Source: Octopus sinensis
Lineage: Eukaryota
DNA length: 64,000 nucleotides
Assembly: GCF_006345805.1 (NCBI RefSeq)
Contig: NC_043007.1
Coordinates: 54,002,001 to 54,066,000, forward strand
Direction: 5' to 3'
Part shown: positions 26,960 through 38,730 of the stretch, piece by piece
Position numbering within the stretch: position 1 is the first letter of the stretch
Layout of the letters: each line of letters opens with the position of its first letter
Made by a program: the position numbers and the translations under genes
The notes under the pieces: model-generated
What the model was told of the DNA's origin: nothing
Database searches by the model: none
The model's input: the letters and a program-made list of their open reading frames with translations, nothing else

Positions 26960-27260
26960 AAATATAAGGAATAAATCCAAATTTACAGGGAAAAAATCAG
27001 ATTTAGGATTAAATCCAATTATAGTAAAATATTATAATATAATTCGAGACAAAGCCACTATTTTGCAAACAAAACAAGGAAAGACTTAATCAATACATAA
27101 AAATTTTTAATATAAAGAAATAAACCGCCACTACAATCGTTTCATGTCTTCAATGACATTCGTCAGGTGGATTTTCGATCTCCTAATCTGTTTTAATTTA
27201 TGAAGTTTAATAATATGAATTAATTAATTAATTAATATGAATTTAAAACCAGTGGTGTAG
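26960..27260 (-). mobile_element. Non-coding PLE/retrozyme-like fragment
   Basis: Contains a hammerhead; terminal segment resembles 46785-46880. Confidence 0.6.
27128..27170 (-). ncRNA. Type I hammerhead ribozyme with intact core
   Basis: Minus strand reads CCAC-CTGACGA-ATGTC(attgaa)GACAT-GAA-AC(gatt)GT-A-GTGG. Confidence 0.88.
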
Positions 27261-28355
27261 CATATAAGACTATAGCGAATCTTTTAGCAAAATGGATGTC
27301 CAGTTACTGTTCATCACTGTTATATAAGTTTCACTATTAAAGTGAAAGTATCTCACATTACAGTAGAGAGGTGTTTTTGTTTCACTTTTGATATGTAATA
27401 CTGAAATAGTGGAGAAAATATGATATTGCTGTGGGCTCGCCCTAGTCAAAAAGTTCAAAATTTTTTTGGCCATGACACTACATGGACCCTAAGTAAGCCA
27501 TGAATGAAAATTGGGTAGTTCTCACATTTTAGGGATTTACGCAGACAGACACACATTCTCAGATTTATATATATATATATATATAGTATGTGTGTACATA
27601 TATGTATCTTATATAATTTATGAGATTGTATTGGTAGAGTAGGCTATTTTTGGATTGGTCCGATAGTGAGAGGGAAATGAGTTGGCATAGAAAGAGCAAC
27701 TGATCTTAGTGAATGTAAGAACAGAGTTGTGTAAGCAACAAATATGGAGTGGCCATGGGATGGCAACTTTAATACACCTGTTATTGAGGGATACAGGTGT
27801 GCTCCCTTTCAATCAGCTTACAAAGCCATGTCATAGCCGACAGACAATAACTAATGCAATCAGTGTTTTTGTGTGTGTGTGTATATGACACCCTATCACC
27901 TTTTAAGAAAAGGAATGATTTAGATCAAAAGTTTGCACTATTAACATGTATACACATACACTTATGACATTATGCACACGAATGGAAGTAATTTAATCTC
28001 CAGTAGGGCAGATAGTCTACCTGTCTCCATCTTATATCCACTTCTCCGGTATGCTCACTAACCAGTATGGTGGCTATAAATCTTCTCCTACCACTACCTA
28101 CTAACTAAACTCTTAATGTATTTCTGGCTCTTTTATTGATCATTGTAGCCTTATGTTTTGTTCTCTCATTCCAGACCAGCTTGGGCTGGAGTCAAGGTGT
28201 GTTTCTACTGTGTTCATGGATTGTTCTTCTATTATTTGAAATTCTATGTATCATCTGACGAAAATGATTTTTTACTATGATGTAATGTACTCATTCATCC
28301 ATCCTTTATTTATTTATTTGCTTATAAATATATAAATTTTTCGAAAAATTTTATC

Positions 28356-28392
<37 letters not shown>

Positions 28393-28612
28393 AATATAGG
28401 ATAAAATTTTTCGAAAAAAATTCTATCAATGGCCAGCATATTAAAAAATACCTTTAAAGATTAAATTTATAAACAACTTATAAACAAGGGCAAAAGAAAA
28501 TAATTTCTAATGCCAAATATGCCGAAAACAGACACATCATCAATAACCATATAATTCATCACTATAAGCACACGTCTCGAAAAAAGCTGACAGAAATTAC
28601 TAAAAAATTCCG

Positions 28613-28673
28613 TTATCATATTGGACCCGATTTCAGAGTTAATTCATAAGAACCTTCTCTTCGTCTGTGATAA
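28613..28673 (-). ncRNA. Hammerhead copy with mutated core (CAGACGA)
   Basis: Paralogue of 29305-29365 with a U4A change. Confidence 0.6.
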
Positions 28674-29304
28674 ATGCAGCGAAGAAATAAATGAAATACT
28701 TACTTATACTCATGAAAGAAGAAAACACTAAGTCATGAGCATAATTAAATACCCTCAAATATATCCAAAATAGAAATTCTCCAGCACACCTCGAGACACG
28801 TGCGATCGGACTGAAAACTCTCATAGAGTGAGAGAGTCCGGAAGTGAACACTATTAAATTTACTTCTAATATAGGATAAAACTTTTCAAAAAAAATTCTA
28901 TCAATGGCCAGCATATTAAAAAATACCTTTAAAGGTTAAATTTATAAACAAGGGCAAAAGAAAAAAATTTCCAATGCCAAATATGCTAAAAACAGACACA
29001 TTGTCAATAACCATATAATTTATCACTATAAGCACGCGTCTCGATGAAAGCTGACAGAAATTACTAAAAAATTCCGTTATTATCATATCGGATCTGATTT
29101 CATCCTATATTAGATGTAAATTTAATAGTGTTCACTTCCGGACTCTCTCCCTCTATGAGAGTTTTCAGTCTGATCGCACGTGTCTCGAGGTGTGCTGGAG
29201 AATTTCTATTTTGGATATATTTGGGGTAGTTAATTGTGCTCATGACCTAGTGTTTGCTTCTTCCATGGATATAAGTAAGTATTTCATTTATTTCTTCGCT
29301 GCAT

Positions 29305-29365
29305 TTATCACTGACGAAGAGAAGGATCTTATGTATTAACTCTGAAATTGGGTCCAATATGATAA
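29305..29365 (+). ncRNA. Type I hammerhead ribozyme with intact core
   Basis: TTATCA-CTGACGA-AGAG/CTCT-GAA-ATTGG(gt)CCAAT-A-TGATAA; AUA triplet. Confidence 0.82.
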
Positions 29366-29511
29366 TAACGGAATTTTTTAGTAATTTCTGTCGGCTTTCT
29401 TCGAGATGCGTGCTTATAGTGATGAATTATATGGTTATTGATGATGTGTCTGTTTTCGGCATATTTGACATTAGAAATTATTTTCTTTTGCCCTTGTTTA
29501 TAAGTTTTATG

Positions 29512-29564
<53 letters not shown>

Positions 29565-30034
29565 ATATGTATATACACACACACAATAAATAAGAATTGA
29601 AAGGAATCAGGTACTTAAACGATAGGCATCAAGTAGGGTCGAAATCAACTTGTCAGCAACAACTTTAAGGCAAATAAATATCATTGGTACTTTGGCTGGT
29701 AGCCCTTTGTGGTAAAATGTTGTTCTTATATTGTTTTGAAATGTTATGTATCATCTGATGAAAGCATTTTTTTAGTTATGATATAATGTACTCATTACTC
29801 TATTAAAGAAAACTGCTGGAAACAGCTGTAATGAAGTGACGCGTATCTATCATTTTATTTATTTTTTTGTATATATATATATATATATATGTATATGTAT
29901 GGCATTAGGAAAAACATCCAGCTATAGGAACCATGTTAAATCAGACTGGAACCTAGTGCAGCCCTCTTCACTAGGTTCCAGCGAGCATGGAAAGTGGATG
30001 TTAAATGATGATCATGATGTGTGTGTGTGTGTAT

Positions 30035-30380
30035 AGGCACAGGCATGGCACTACATGGTTCCATGTTCAGTCTTACTGCATGGTACCTTAGACAAGTGTT
30101 TTCTACTATAACCTCGGGACAACCAAAGCCTTGTGAGTGGGTTTGGTAGATAGAAACTGAAAGAAGCCTGTCATATATGTGTGTGTGCCCCTCCATCACT
30201 TGACAACTGATGTTGGTGTTTTTATGTTCCCATAACTTAGTGGTTCAGCATAAAAGATTGATAGAATAAGTACTTGGTTTACAAAGAATAAGTCCTGGGG
30301 TTGATTTCTTCAACTAAATAAACCCTTTAAGGTGGTACTCCAGCATGGCCACAGTCAGATGACTGAAACAAGTAAAAGAA
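30035..30380 (+). mobile_element. Older tRNA-SINE copy
   Basis: Colinear with 36239-36637, with CpG decay. Confidence 0.85.
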
Positions 30381-30978
30381 TACATATATGTATGTATTTA
30401 AATGTGTGTATGTATTTATATACGTGTGTATGTATTTATATACATGTGTATGTATTTATATACATGTGTATGTATTTATTTATATGTATATGTACTTATA
30501 TATACGTAGATATGTGTGTATGTGTATATAGGTTTATCTATGTGTATGTACATGTGTGTGTGTGTATGTATATATATATGTTTGTGTGTGTGTGTATATA
30601 TATATATGTGTATGCATATACTGTTATACTTCAGGATGGTCATTTAAAAATTTTTTTTTTTTTTTTGCTAAATAAAGACATGCACTATATATTTGTTCTT
30701 CTCTTCAGATTTATTATTGTTCTTATTTTATGTTCTGTATCTGGAAATTTAGTCACACATCTTCTGACCTCTGTAGCAACTCTCCACCCATGTCTCATTT
30801 TGTCCTGTTTTGTCTATTTTGTCTTTCTGTAGAAAAAGAAAATGGACTAAATGGTGCAGTATCTGTTTCAACACATGATTTCATATCAGGAATCTTCCAA
30901 ACAAATACATCTATGTGTGTGTGTGCATATATATATATACATGAATTTATATGTATATATGTATACATATATGTATGC

Positions 30979-31043
<65 letters not shown>

Positions 31044-31044
31044 G

Positions 31045-32775
31045 GCAAATTTGTTGTTGAAAATGCACCTAAACTTGTAATTGTTTTTAAATAAATTTAA
31101 ATAAATTTATTTACATATATACCAAACTAGTTTCAACAATATTTTTTGTTTATCTATGGTAAAGATTTTAAATTATGAATTAGAAAAAAAGTTTAAAAGT
31201 TTAAATGTTCATAACACTCAATAATATAAAAAATGTGGATCATCTTGTTTAAATGCACAAAATTCAGTAGTGTTAGTAAGGAATGTGGATCATCAAAGTT
31301 TCAGTCATATATATACTGAGGGTGAAAAAATGGGAGAAATGAAGATAGTAAAAAAACGGGTATGTTTACAGTTTCTGTAATTCTCTTTCTGGTGTATGCA
31401 GGGAGTTTTGCCTGTAACAACGTTTTTTGAATCCAGTGTATTTATAATTTTTTCCATGAATGGATTTGATTTTTGATTCGTTAAAGTACTGTTGACATCT
31501 TGTTTTTCTGGTGGTCATGTTTATCATTCTGCTAGGTTGGCTTTCCTGTGGGGAATGGTCAACAGCTGTTCCAGTTGGTTGATTCTCTTGGAGGGTCATT
31601 TCCTTGTATTTGCTGATGTTTGGTTTTGATCAGAGGTAAAATTTCATTGGTCTAGAGTTAGGTGACGTCAGCAACTGGTGTTTGTAAAATATTAATTTAG
31701 AGTTAGGTGACATCAGCAACTTTTGTTTATATGGTGATTTGGAGTTGCGGTTTCAAAACCCATGTGAAGGACTGTTACTAAAGTTTTTAAAATTATCTCT
31801 GTTGTATCTGGTTGTTTTTTTTTGTGGAGAAATTAGGCCTTTTTTCTCTTTGGTGTTTTTTCTCCTTTCTAAAGGATATTCAGCTGTGGTTTATATTTTT
31901 TAATGAGCATGCTTTCCTTATTTAAACGGAATTGGGTTTAAGTGTTTCCTGTGCATTGATAGAGAGGGAAGATTTGGTGTTTCAAGTTTATGTTTGCAGG
32001 GCATTGGTCTAGGTGTTAGCTTACAGGAATTTTCCTGGTTGTGAAGTCTGGATTTGTTGCCTGTGTACTGCTAATCTGTCCCTCAAGGTCAAACTAGTTC
32101 AACCTATGTACTCTCCATCACACCCACCACATTTGAGGATATAGATTAAGTTCTTTGAAGCATGGGTGAAGTGATTTTTTTATGGTAAAAGTTTGATCTG
32201 ACTTAAATTTGGATGTTGAGCGCTCCAAGAAGTAGATGCAAGTCCCGCATTTAGGGTGGTTGCACTTTTTGACTTGTGGGGTTGTGTTTTTGGCGGTTAA
32301 TTTGGCACTGGCGAGTTACTTTTTTAGGGATTGCAGTTGTCTCTTGCTTTTAATCCTATGTGTTTCCAGTGCCTTTTTCATTTGCAGGTCATTCATAAGG
32401 AGGGGCATGTTATGGTAGATAATGTTGTATGCTTTTATGTTTCTTGGATTGTGTGTTGATATGTAAGATAAAGTTTTAAGTGTGTCATCGGGTTTTCTGT
32501 AACTCTTGGATACCTATCATTTTTGCACATTTTATTCTGTTTTTGAATAGACTGGCTGGATATTTTCTATCTAGTGTTTTTAAGTTCTTGGAGTCACTTT
32601 TTTCTGGTTTCGGGATTTGATGCAGTTGTGCAAATTCTTGCTAAGTTGAACGGTATATTTATTTTAGTATGTTTTGGGTGGCAGGAGAAGAATAGAAGGT
32701 ATTGTTTTGAGTTCATTGGTGTGAAGAAGATGTCGGTTTCAATCTCAGTATCTCTTCTTATGATTAACTCTTGAT
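31045..32775 (-). mobile_element. Penelope-like element, 3' part (RT C-terminus, GIY-YIG, 3' region), inverted relative to its neighbour
   Basis: IETDIF..P.NSKQYLLFFSCHPKHTKINIP; NLIY..KCGGC; homologous to 35280-37105. Confidence 0.85.
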
Positions 32776-33016
32776 CTATTGTGGGTTCTCGTTTGCAAAC
32801 AGAATGACAATCAACAAGAGCACTCATTCCATACATCAAAAACCAAGGGAACATTTTTTAGGTAAACTGGGTCAAAACTGGAACACTCAGTGGCACCAAC
32901 CAAATGTGTGATCCCAAAGATTATAAATCTCTCACATAAAACCATTTCAAACCAACAAATCAAAATTCTTGCGAAATGACTGAAGTTCACCCCAATACCA
33001 CAAAAATTGAATCTAA

Positions 33017-34091
33017 CCCTTTCGTTACCAAACCGCCCAAAGCCGCCCCAAAAGAATTTTGGTTAATGTGACCAAACCGCCCAAAGCCACCCGAATTTAC
33101 CTATTCATATTTAAATGAGAATATCAGAGCAAATCTCTTTAGTACATTCGTGAAAACACGTGATTATGCTTCGTAAACAGTTTATCTACAGTTTTGTACT
33201 ACGATCAACGTGTAATTTTAATTCCCTGAATTTTGGGAGATTTTTTTCCACATATTTTTCGGCATCGATTTTTCTTCAACTTAGAAAATGGATAGGAGTT
33301 TCATGTTATCAAGCATTGATTCCGAATTGGAAAATTTGTGAAGCAAATACTGGGTACTGTTGTGGATTTAGTTTTTATACAGGGAAACTAATGTTAGTCA
33401 GCATGGCTTAGGGTATGATGTGGTCTGGAAGTTATTGTTTGAAGCGATCAATGCAGAAACAAACTTACGCAGAATGTAAACTAACACAAACTGGGGGTTC
33501 AAATTTCAGAAAATTTGTGAAGCAAATACTGGGTACTGCGTGGATTTAGTTTTTATATTGGGGAAATAATGTTAGTCAGCATGGCCTAGGGAACGATGTG
33601 GTCTGAAATTTATCACTTCCATACCAGGGCCGTATATTATTTTTTGACCGATTTCTTTAGTTCGGTCAAACTTACGGTGGATTCCAGTATTTCACTTTAT
33701 TCCACCTTTATGGTACACCTGTTGTGCATTAAATTCAACTGATGATATAGTGATGCGCACAATTCTTCTTTATCAAAATTTTATTGCATACCCATTTGAA
33801 TATTAGCTGATGATTCATTTTCTATGGTGATGTTTAAACAAAATTTTAATATTTTTACCTTTTGCTCAATTTAAAATTTTTATATTTTTACCTTTTGCTC
33901 AATTTACCTGGATTTACCTGTAATTAAAGTCACTTTGAGACAAAAGTTATGTTCGAAATATCACATTAATATGTTGATAAGTAAAAAAGTTACAGTTATT
34001 TAATGAAACAAGCCTAGATTCATGATTATTTTAGAATTTAATTGAAACTCATGAGGGGTGTATTTTGGTCAGAAATATAGTAACGAAAGGG
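33017..34091. mobile_element. piggyBac-like MITE inserted in the PLE
   Basis: TIRs CCCTTTCGTTAC / GTAACGAAAGGG flanked by CTAA and TTAA. Confidence 0.85.
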
Positions 34092-35891
34092 TTAAATGAG
34101 ATACAAAATGATTTCCAGGAATTCTGTAGAAAACTTTGAGTCACCAAAGAACTATTTGATAAAGAAACTAATGATCACTCAAAATTTCATAATAAAACTA
34201 AAGAAATCAAACTCTGGATAAATTTTGTTATTTGGTATCCAATTATTCCTATAATTTACTCCCACCTCAAAAATTTAAAACAAATACAAGTTGAGAGGGA
34301 TGGAAAATCATTAATGATCTCAAGGAGGATCATAATATAATTATAAAAGAAACCAATAAAGGGACTGCTGTAGTAATCATGGACCTCAAAAAAATACATA
34401 AACACTACCCTAATCCTCCTTCAAGACAAAACCTTCTATGAAAATATCAACAACCACAGTCAGTCCAAGATAATGACAAAACTTGGTATCATTTTCCATC
34501 AGTTCCAACAAGATTTAACCGAAAAGGAGAAAGATTACTTCAGTAGATTTGACTGCAAAACCAGCAACTTTTGTGGACTTCCCAAAATCCACAAAAGTGA
34601 AGCCATAAACAAAGCCTGTAGTAAATCAACTTCTTTAGTCTTAAATATTCCACATCCAAGAGATCTCAAAATGAGACCAATTGTGGCTGGTCCCTCATGT
34701 AAGATATACAGACTTAGTAACTTTATTGACATCCCACTAAAACCTATTCTCCAACATATAACTGAGCTTTATAAGAGATGATCAGAACTTCTTAAACCAT
34801 CTCTTGAGCAAAACCAGTAAGGACTACCTTCTGGTTTCATTCGATGCAATAAACCTCTACACTTTGATTCTCACAAATACGGAATAGATGCCATACAATT
34901 GTGGCTGGAAAATTGTGACTGAATCAGAAAAGGATTCATTGAAGGAATAAAATTCATTCTACGGAACAACTTCTTCAACTTCAATGAGAATACCTACAGA
35001 CAAATTTCAGGCATTGCAATGGAAATTAGGGTAGCCCCTACTTTTGCTAACCTTGTCAAGACATACTTGGAAGTCCAAATATACAAGCATGCTTGACCAA
35101 AATTTAGAGATGACTTCCTAAAGTACTTACCAACTGTAAACACTATCTGGGTAATTATTACATTCTGTGGTAGCATAAATTTGAGCAACTCTTAGAATTT
35201 AAAAACTTAATCAACAGCATTAACCACAGTATCCAATTTATAATGGAATACAACTATAAACAGCTACCCTTCCTGGACATCTTAATTATTAAAAGAGATA
35301 CTGAAATTGAAACTGACATCTTCAAACCAACAGACTCAAAACAATATCTTCTATTCTCTTCCTGCCACCCAAAACATACTAAAATCTCTATATTATTCTA
35401 CTTAGCAAGAAGAATTTGCATGATTGCATCAAATCCCAAAACCCGAGATGACTCCAAGAACTTAAAAACACATTACTAGAAAGAACATACCTGGCTAGTT
35501 TAATCAAAAATGGAATAGGCCATGCGAAAACGATAGACATCCAAGAGTTATGGCAAACAAGAAAACCCTGTGATACACTTAAAACTTTATCTTACATATC
35601 AACACATAATCCGAGGAACATAGAAGCATACAACGTTATCTATCAAAACATACCCCATCTTATGAATGACTTGCAAGTGAAAAAGCACTGGAAACACATA
35701 GGATTATTAAAAGCAAGAGACCTAAAAAGGTTATTCACCAGTGCCAAATTACCCAGAAAAAATACAACCCCACTAATCAAAAAATGCAACTGCCCTAACT
35801 GCAGGAATTGCATCTGTTGGAGGGTTCAACATCTAAATTTAAGTGCGGTTAAACTTTTACCATAAAAAATCACTTCACCTGTGCATTGAAG

Positions 35892-35995
35892 AACTTAATC
35901 TATGTCCTTAATTGTGGAACTTAATCTATGTCCTTAATTGTGGAACTTAATCTATGTCCTTAATTGTGGAACTTAATCTATGTCCTTAATTGTGG
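35892..35995. repeat. 26-bp tandem repeat, 4 copies
   Basis: AACTTAATCTATGTCCTTAATTGTGG starting at 35892, 35918, 35944 and 35970. Confidence 0.97.
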
Positions 35996-36238
35996 TGGGT
36001 GTAATGGAGACTACTAGTTTGACTTTGAGTGACAGACTGCTGGTACACCTGCAACAAATCTGGAACCCCACGACCAAAAATATTCCTGTAAGCAAACACT
36101 TTGACCAATCCCCCGCAAACATAAACCCAAAATACCAAATCTTCCCTCTCTATTAATTGACTGAAAACAGTTCAACTCAATTCCAATTGAATAAGGAAAG
36201 CATACTCATTAAAAAATATAAACCACAGCTAAATATCC

Positions 36239-36637
36239 AGACGTGGCTGTGTGGTAAGTAGCTTGCTAACCAACCACATGGTTCCGGGTTCAGTCCCACT
36301 GCGTGGCATCTTGGGCAAGTGTCTTCTGCTATAGCCCCGGGCCGACCAATGCCTTGTGAGTGGATTTGGTAGACGGAAACTGAATGAAGCCTGTCGTATA
36401 TATATATATGTGTATGTGTGTTTGTGTGTCTGTGTTTGTCCCCCTAGCATTGCTTGACAACTGATGCTGGTGTGTTTACGTCCCCGTCACTTAGCGGTTT
36501 GGCAAAAAGAGACCGATAGAATAAGTACTGGGGTTACAAAGAATAAGTCCCGGGGTCGAGTTGCTCGACTAAAGGCGGTGCTCCAGCATGGCCGCAGTCA
36601 ACTGACTGAAACAAGTAAAAGAGTAAAGAGTAAGAGT
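36239..36637 (+). mobile_element. Full-length tRNA-derived SINE
   Basis: A and B boxes, central microsatellite, GGCGGTGCTCCAGCATGGCC...GAAACAAGTAAAAGAG tail. Confidence 0.92.
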
Positions 36638-37158
36638 TATAAATACACGGATTTCAAAATACTCCATTACAAACAATAAGCCCTGTACGCAACAGCAAAA
36701 AAGAATCACATGGAAGATGACAGAAACTGTAACAAAACCCCTTTTTTTACTCTCTTCTTATTTTTCTGTCTTAACTCAATATGACCAAACTTTTAGTGAT
36801 CCACATTTTTTATATTCTTTGCTTATCATTTTTCTTATTGAATTTTGCAAACATTTAATAATTTAAACATGTTGATCCACTTTTGTTATATTCTTCGCCA
36901 ATCATTTTTGATAGTATTAAATTTTGTGGACATTTAATCATTTAAACATGTTTTCTACTTCGCAATTTTTAATTTTTTTAAATCCCATACATTCATACCA
37001 TTTATAAACAAAATACTGTTGAAACTAGTTTGGCATGCATATGGATAAATTTATTTAAAAACAAGTTTTTCTAATTCAGGTGCATTTTCAAAAACAAATT
37101 CTCCTATATTTTTTCCTGCATGGAAATACACCCCTTCTTTCCATATATATATATATTA

Positions 37159-37191
<33 letters not shown>

Positions 37192-37567
37192 ATATATGTA
37201 TATGTGTGTGTGTGTGTGTGTGTTGTGTGTGTGTATATGTATGTATGTGTATATATATATATATATATATATACACATGTGTATAAATATATGTATATGT
37301 ATAAATATCATCCACGGACACAAAGCTGAACAGACACAAAAAGAAAAAATTTCCACCTGCATAGACCAATTCACCAATTTGACACTTAAGATGTAATGAG
37401 ATTAAATTTTAATTTTCATACATCTTTTCAGCATCTCGTCTGTTTGGCTTTATGTCTGTTCAGCTTCTTGACTTTGGCTTCTTGTACTTTAGCAAAAGTG
37501 CATTTGGCATCGTGTCCTTGTACCATAAATATATGTGTGTGTGTGTGTGTATAAATATATGCATGTA

Positions 37568-38678
37568 CAGATGTTTGTAAGTAGGGCAACACATCAGCAT
37601 TAAAATTTGTCAATCAATGACTCAGATCAAAGGGAGAGAAAGAAATTAAGGGAGTATATCATGCTTGGAATACTGTTTAAATTTATCTGCATTTAGTGGC
37701 AAGCTCATTTTGAGACTTTTGAATTTTCAAAATCTATTTTGTTGCATTGAATTCAAAATTCAATTTATTGTATTCAATCAGTTGCTTTTACTATTGTGAA
37801 ATTGCCATATAAATTTACATTACAAGAACATTAATATTGTGAAAAACTACTATGTGACGAATAATGCAGCAGAAGCAAGAAGATTGGCAGGCGCACATCT
37901 TCCTAGTTGTTCGACTGTGCTTCATTTACTAAGAAAATTTTGAAAGTAATGGTTCCATCAAGGATGACCAACACAGTGGTCGCCCAACTTTGTACAACAA
38001 AGGAGAGTTTCAGGCTGCAGTTATGAAAGAGATTTATGATAACACCCTGACATCTGCCTGCCAAATTGCAAGCCAACTTGCTGACCATCCAGATTTTCAT
38101 GTGAGTTACTCAACTGTTTACAAAACTTTGAACTTAAGAAAAATCTGCACACTCCACATCTCATACAAGAACTCAATGACAACAATCCTGATTGGCGTTT
38201 AGAAATGTGCGAAATTCATTGCCAGTGGGCCTGTGGTTGGACGACAATTTTCCGGGTGCATGGATTGGATGAAGAGGGTCAATTGAATGGCCAGCCTGGT
38301 CACCCAACCTCACCCCATGTGACTTTTTTTCCATGGGGAATATTAAAAGATCAGGTATATGATCACAATCCGCGTACCGTTGATCAACTTCGAGCAGAAA
38401 TAAAAAATACTGTCTGTGAGATTGACAGAATTGTGCCAAAAGGTGTGCCAATCTGTCTGGTCCTGAATTGATCATTGCATTAAAAAAATTCAAGTATTTT
38501 GAGAACCATCTTTGAGCCTTCTTTTGAATCCATGTTTCATAAATTTCTTTATTTTGATTCTTCATTTACTGCACTGATTGTATTCTAATTATATGCGAGG
38601 AAAAATCGGCATTCACTGTGCTCAAGTATATATATTCTTTAATGCTCTAGTGTGTTGCATTACTTTACAAACACCCTG
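37568..38678 (+). mobile_element. Internally deleted Tc1/mariner-superfamily transposon
   Basis: TA-flanked imperfect TIRs (CAG.TGTTTGTAA...GCAACAC...GCATTAAA); transposase remnant including FFPWGILKDQVY..PRTVDQL. Confidence 0.85.
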
Positions 38679-38730
38679 TATGTGTACGTACATATATGTG
38701 TGTATGTTTACACACACACACACACACACA

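Larger units (their letters stand above)
28335..29510. mobile_element. Tandem plus inverted copies of a ~475-bp hammerhead-containing unit
   Basis: Unit 28391-28865, partial repeat 28866-29102, inverted copy 29102-29510, short inverted stub 28335-28363. Confidence 0.85.
32776..37105 (+). mobile_element. Degenerate Penelope-like element (RT plus GIY-YIG)
   Basis: GLPKIHK, MRPIVAG, VSFDAINLY, QISGIAM, LPFLDILI, KPTDSKQYL, NLIYVLNCGGC. Confidence 0.9.

Noticed and set aside
30708-30900. Possible host exon after a pyrimidine tract and CAG
   Set aside because: No recognisable protein, no convincing donor site, early stops
36239-36310. tRNA gene
   Set aside because: tRNA-like head of a SINE, continuous with SINE body and tail; no complete cloverleaf seen
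37432-37530. Possible exon after TTTTCAG
   Set aside because: No homology recognised and no clear donor site
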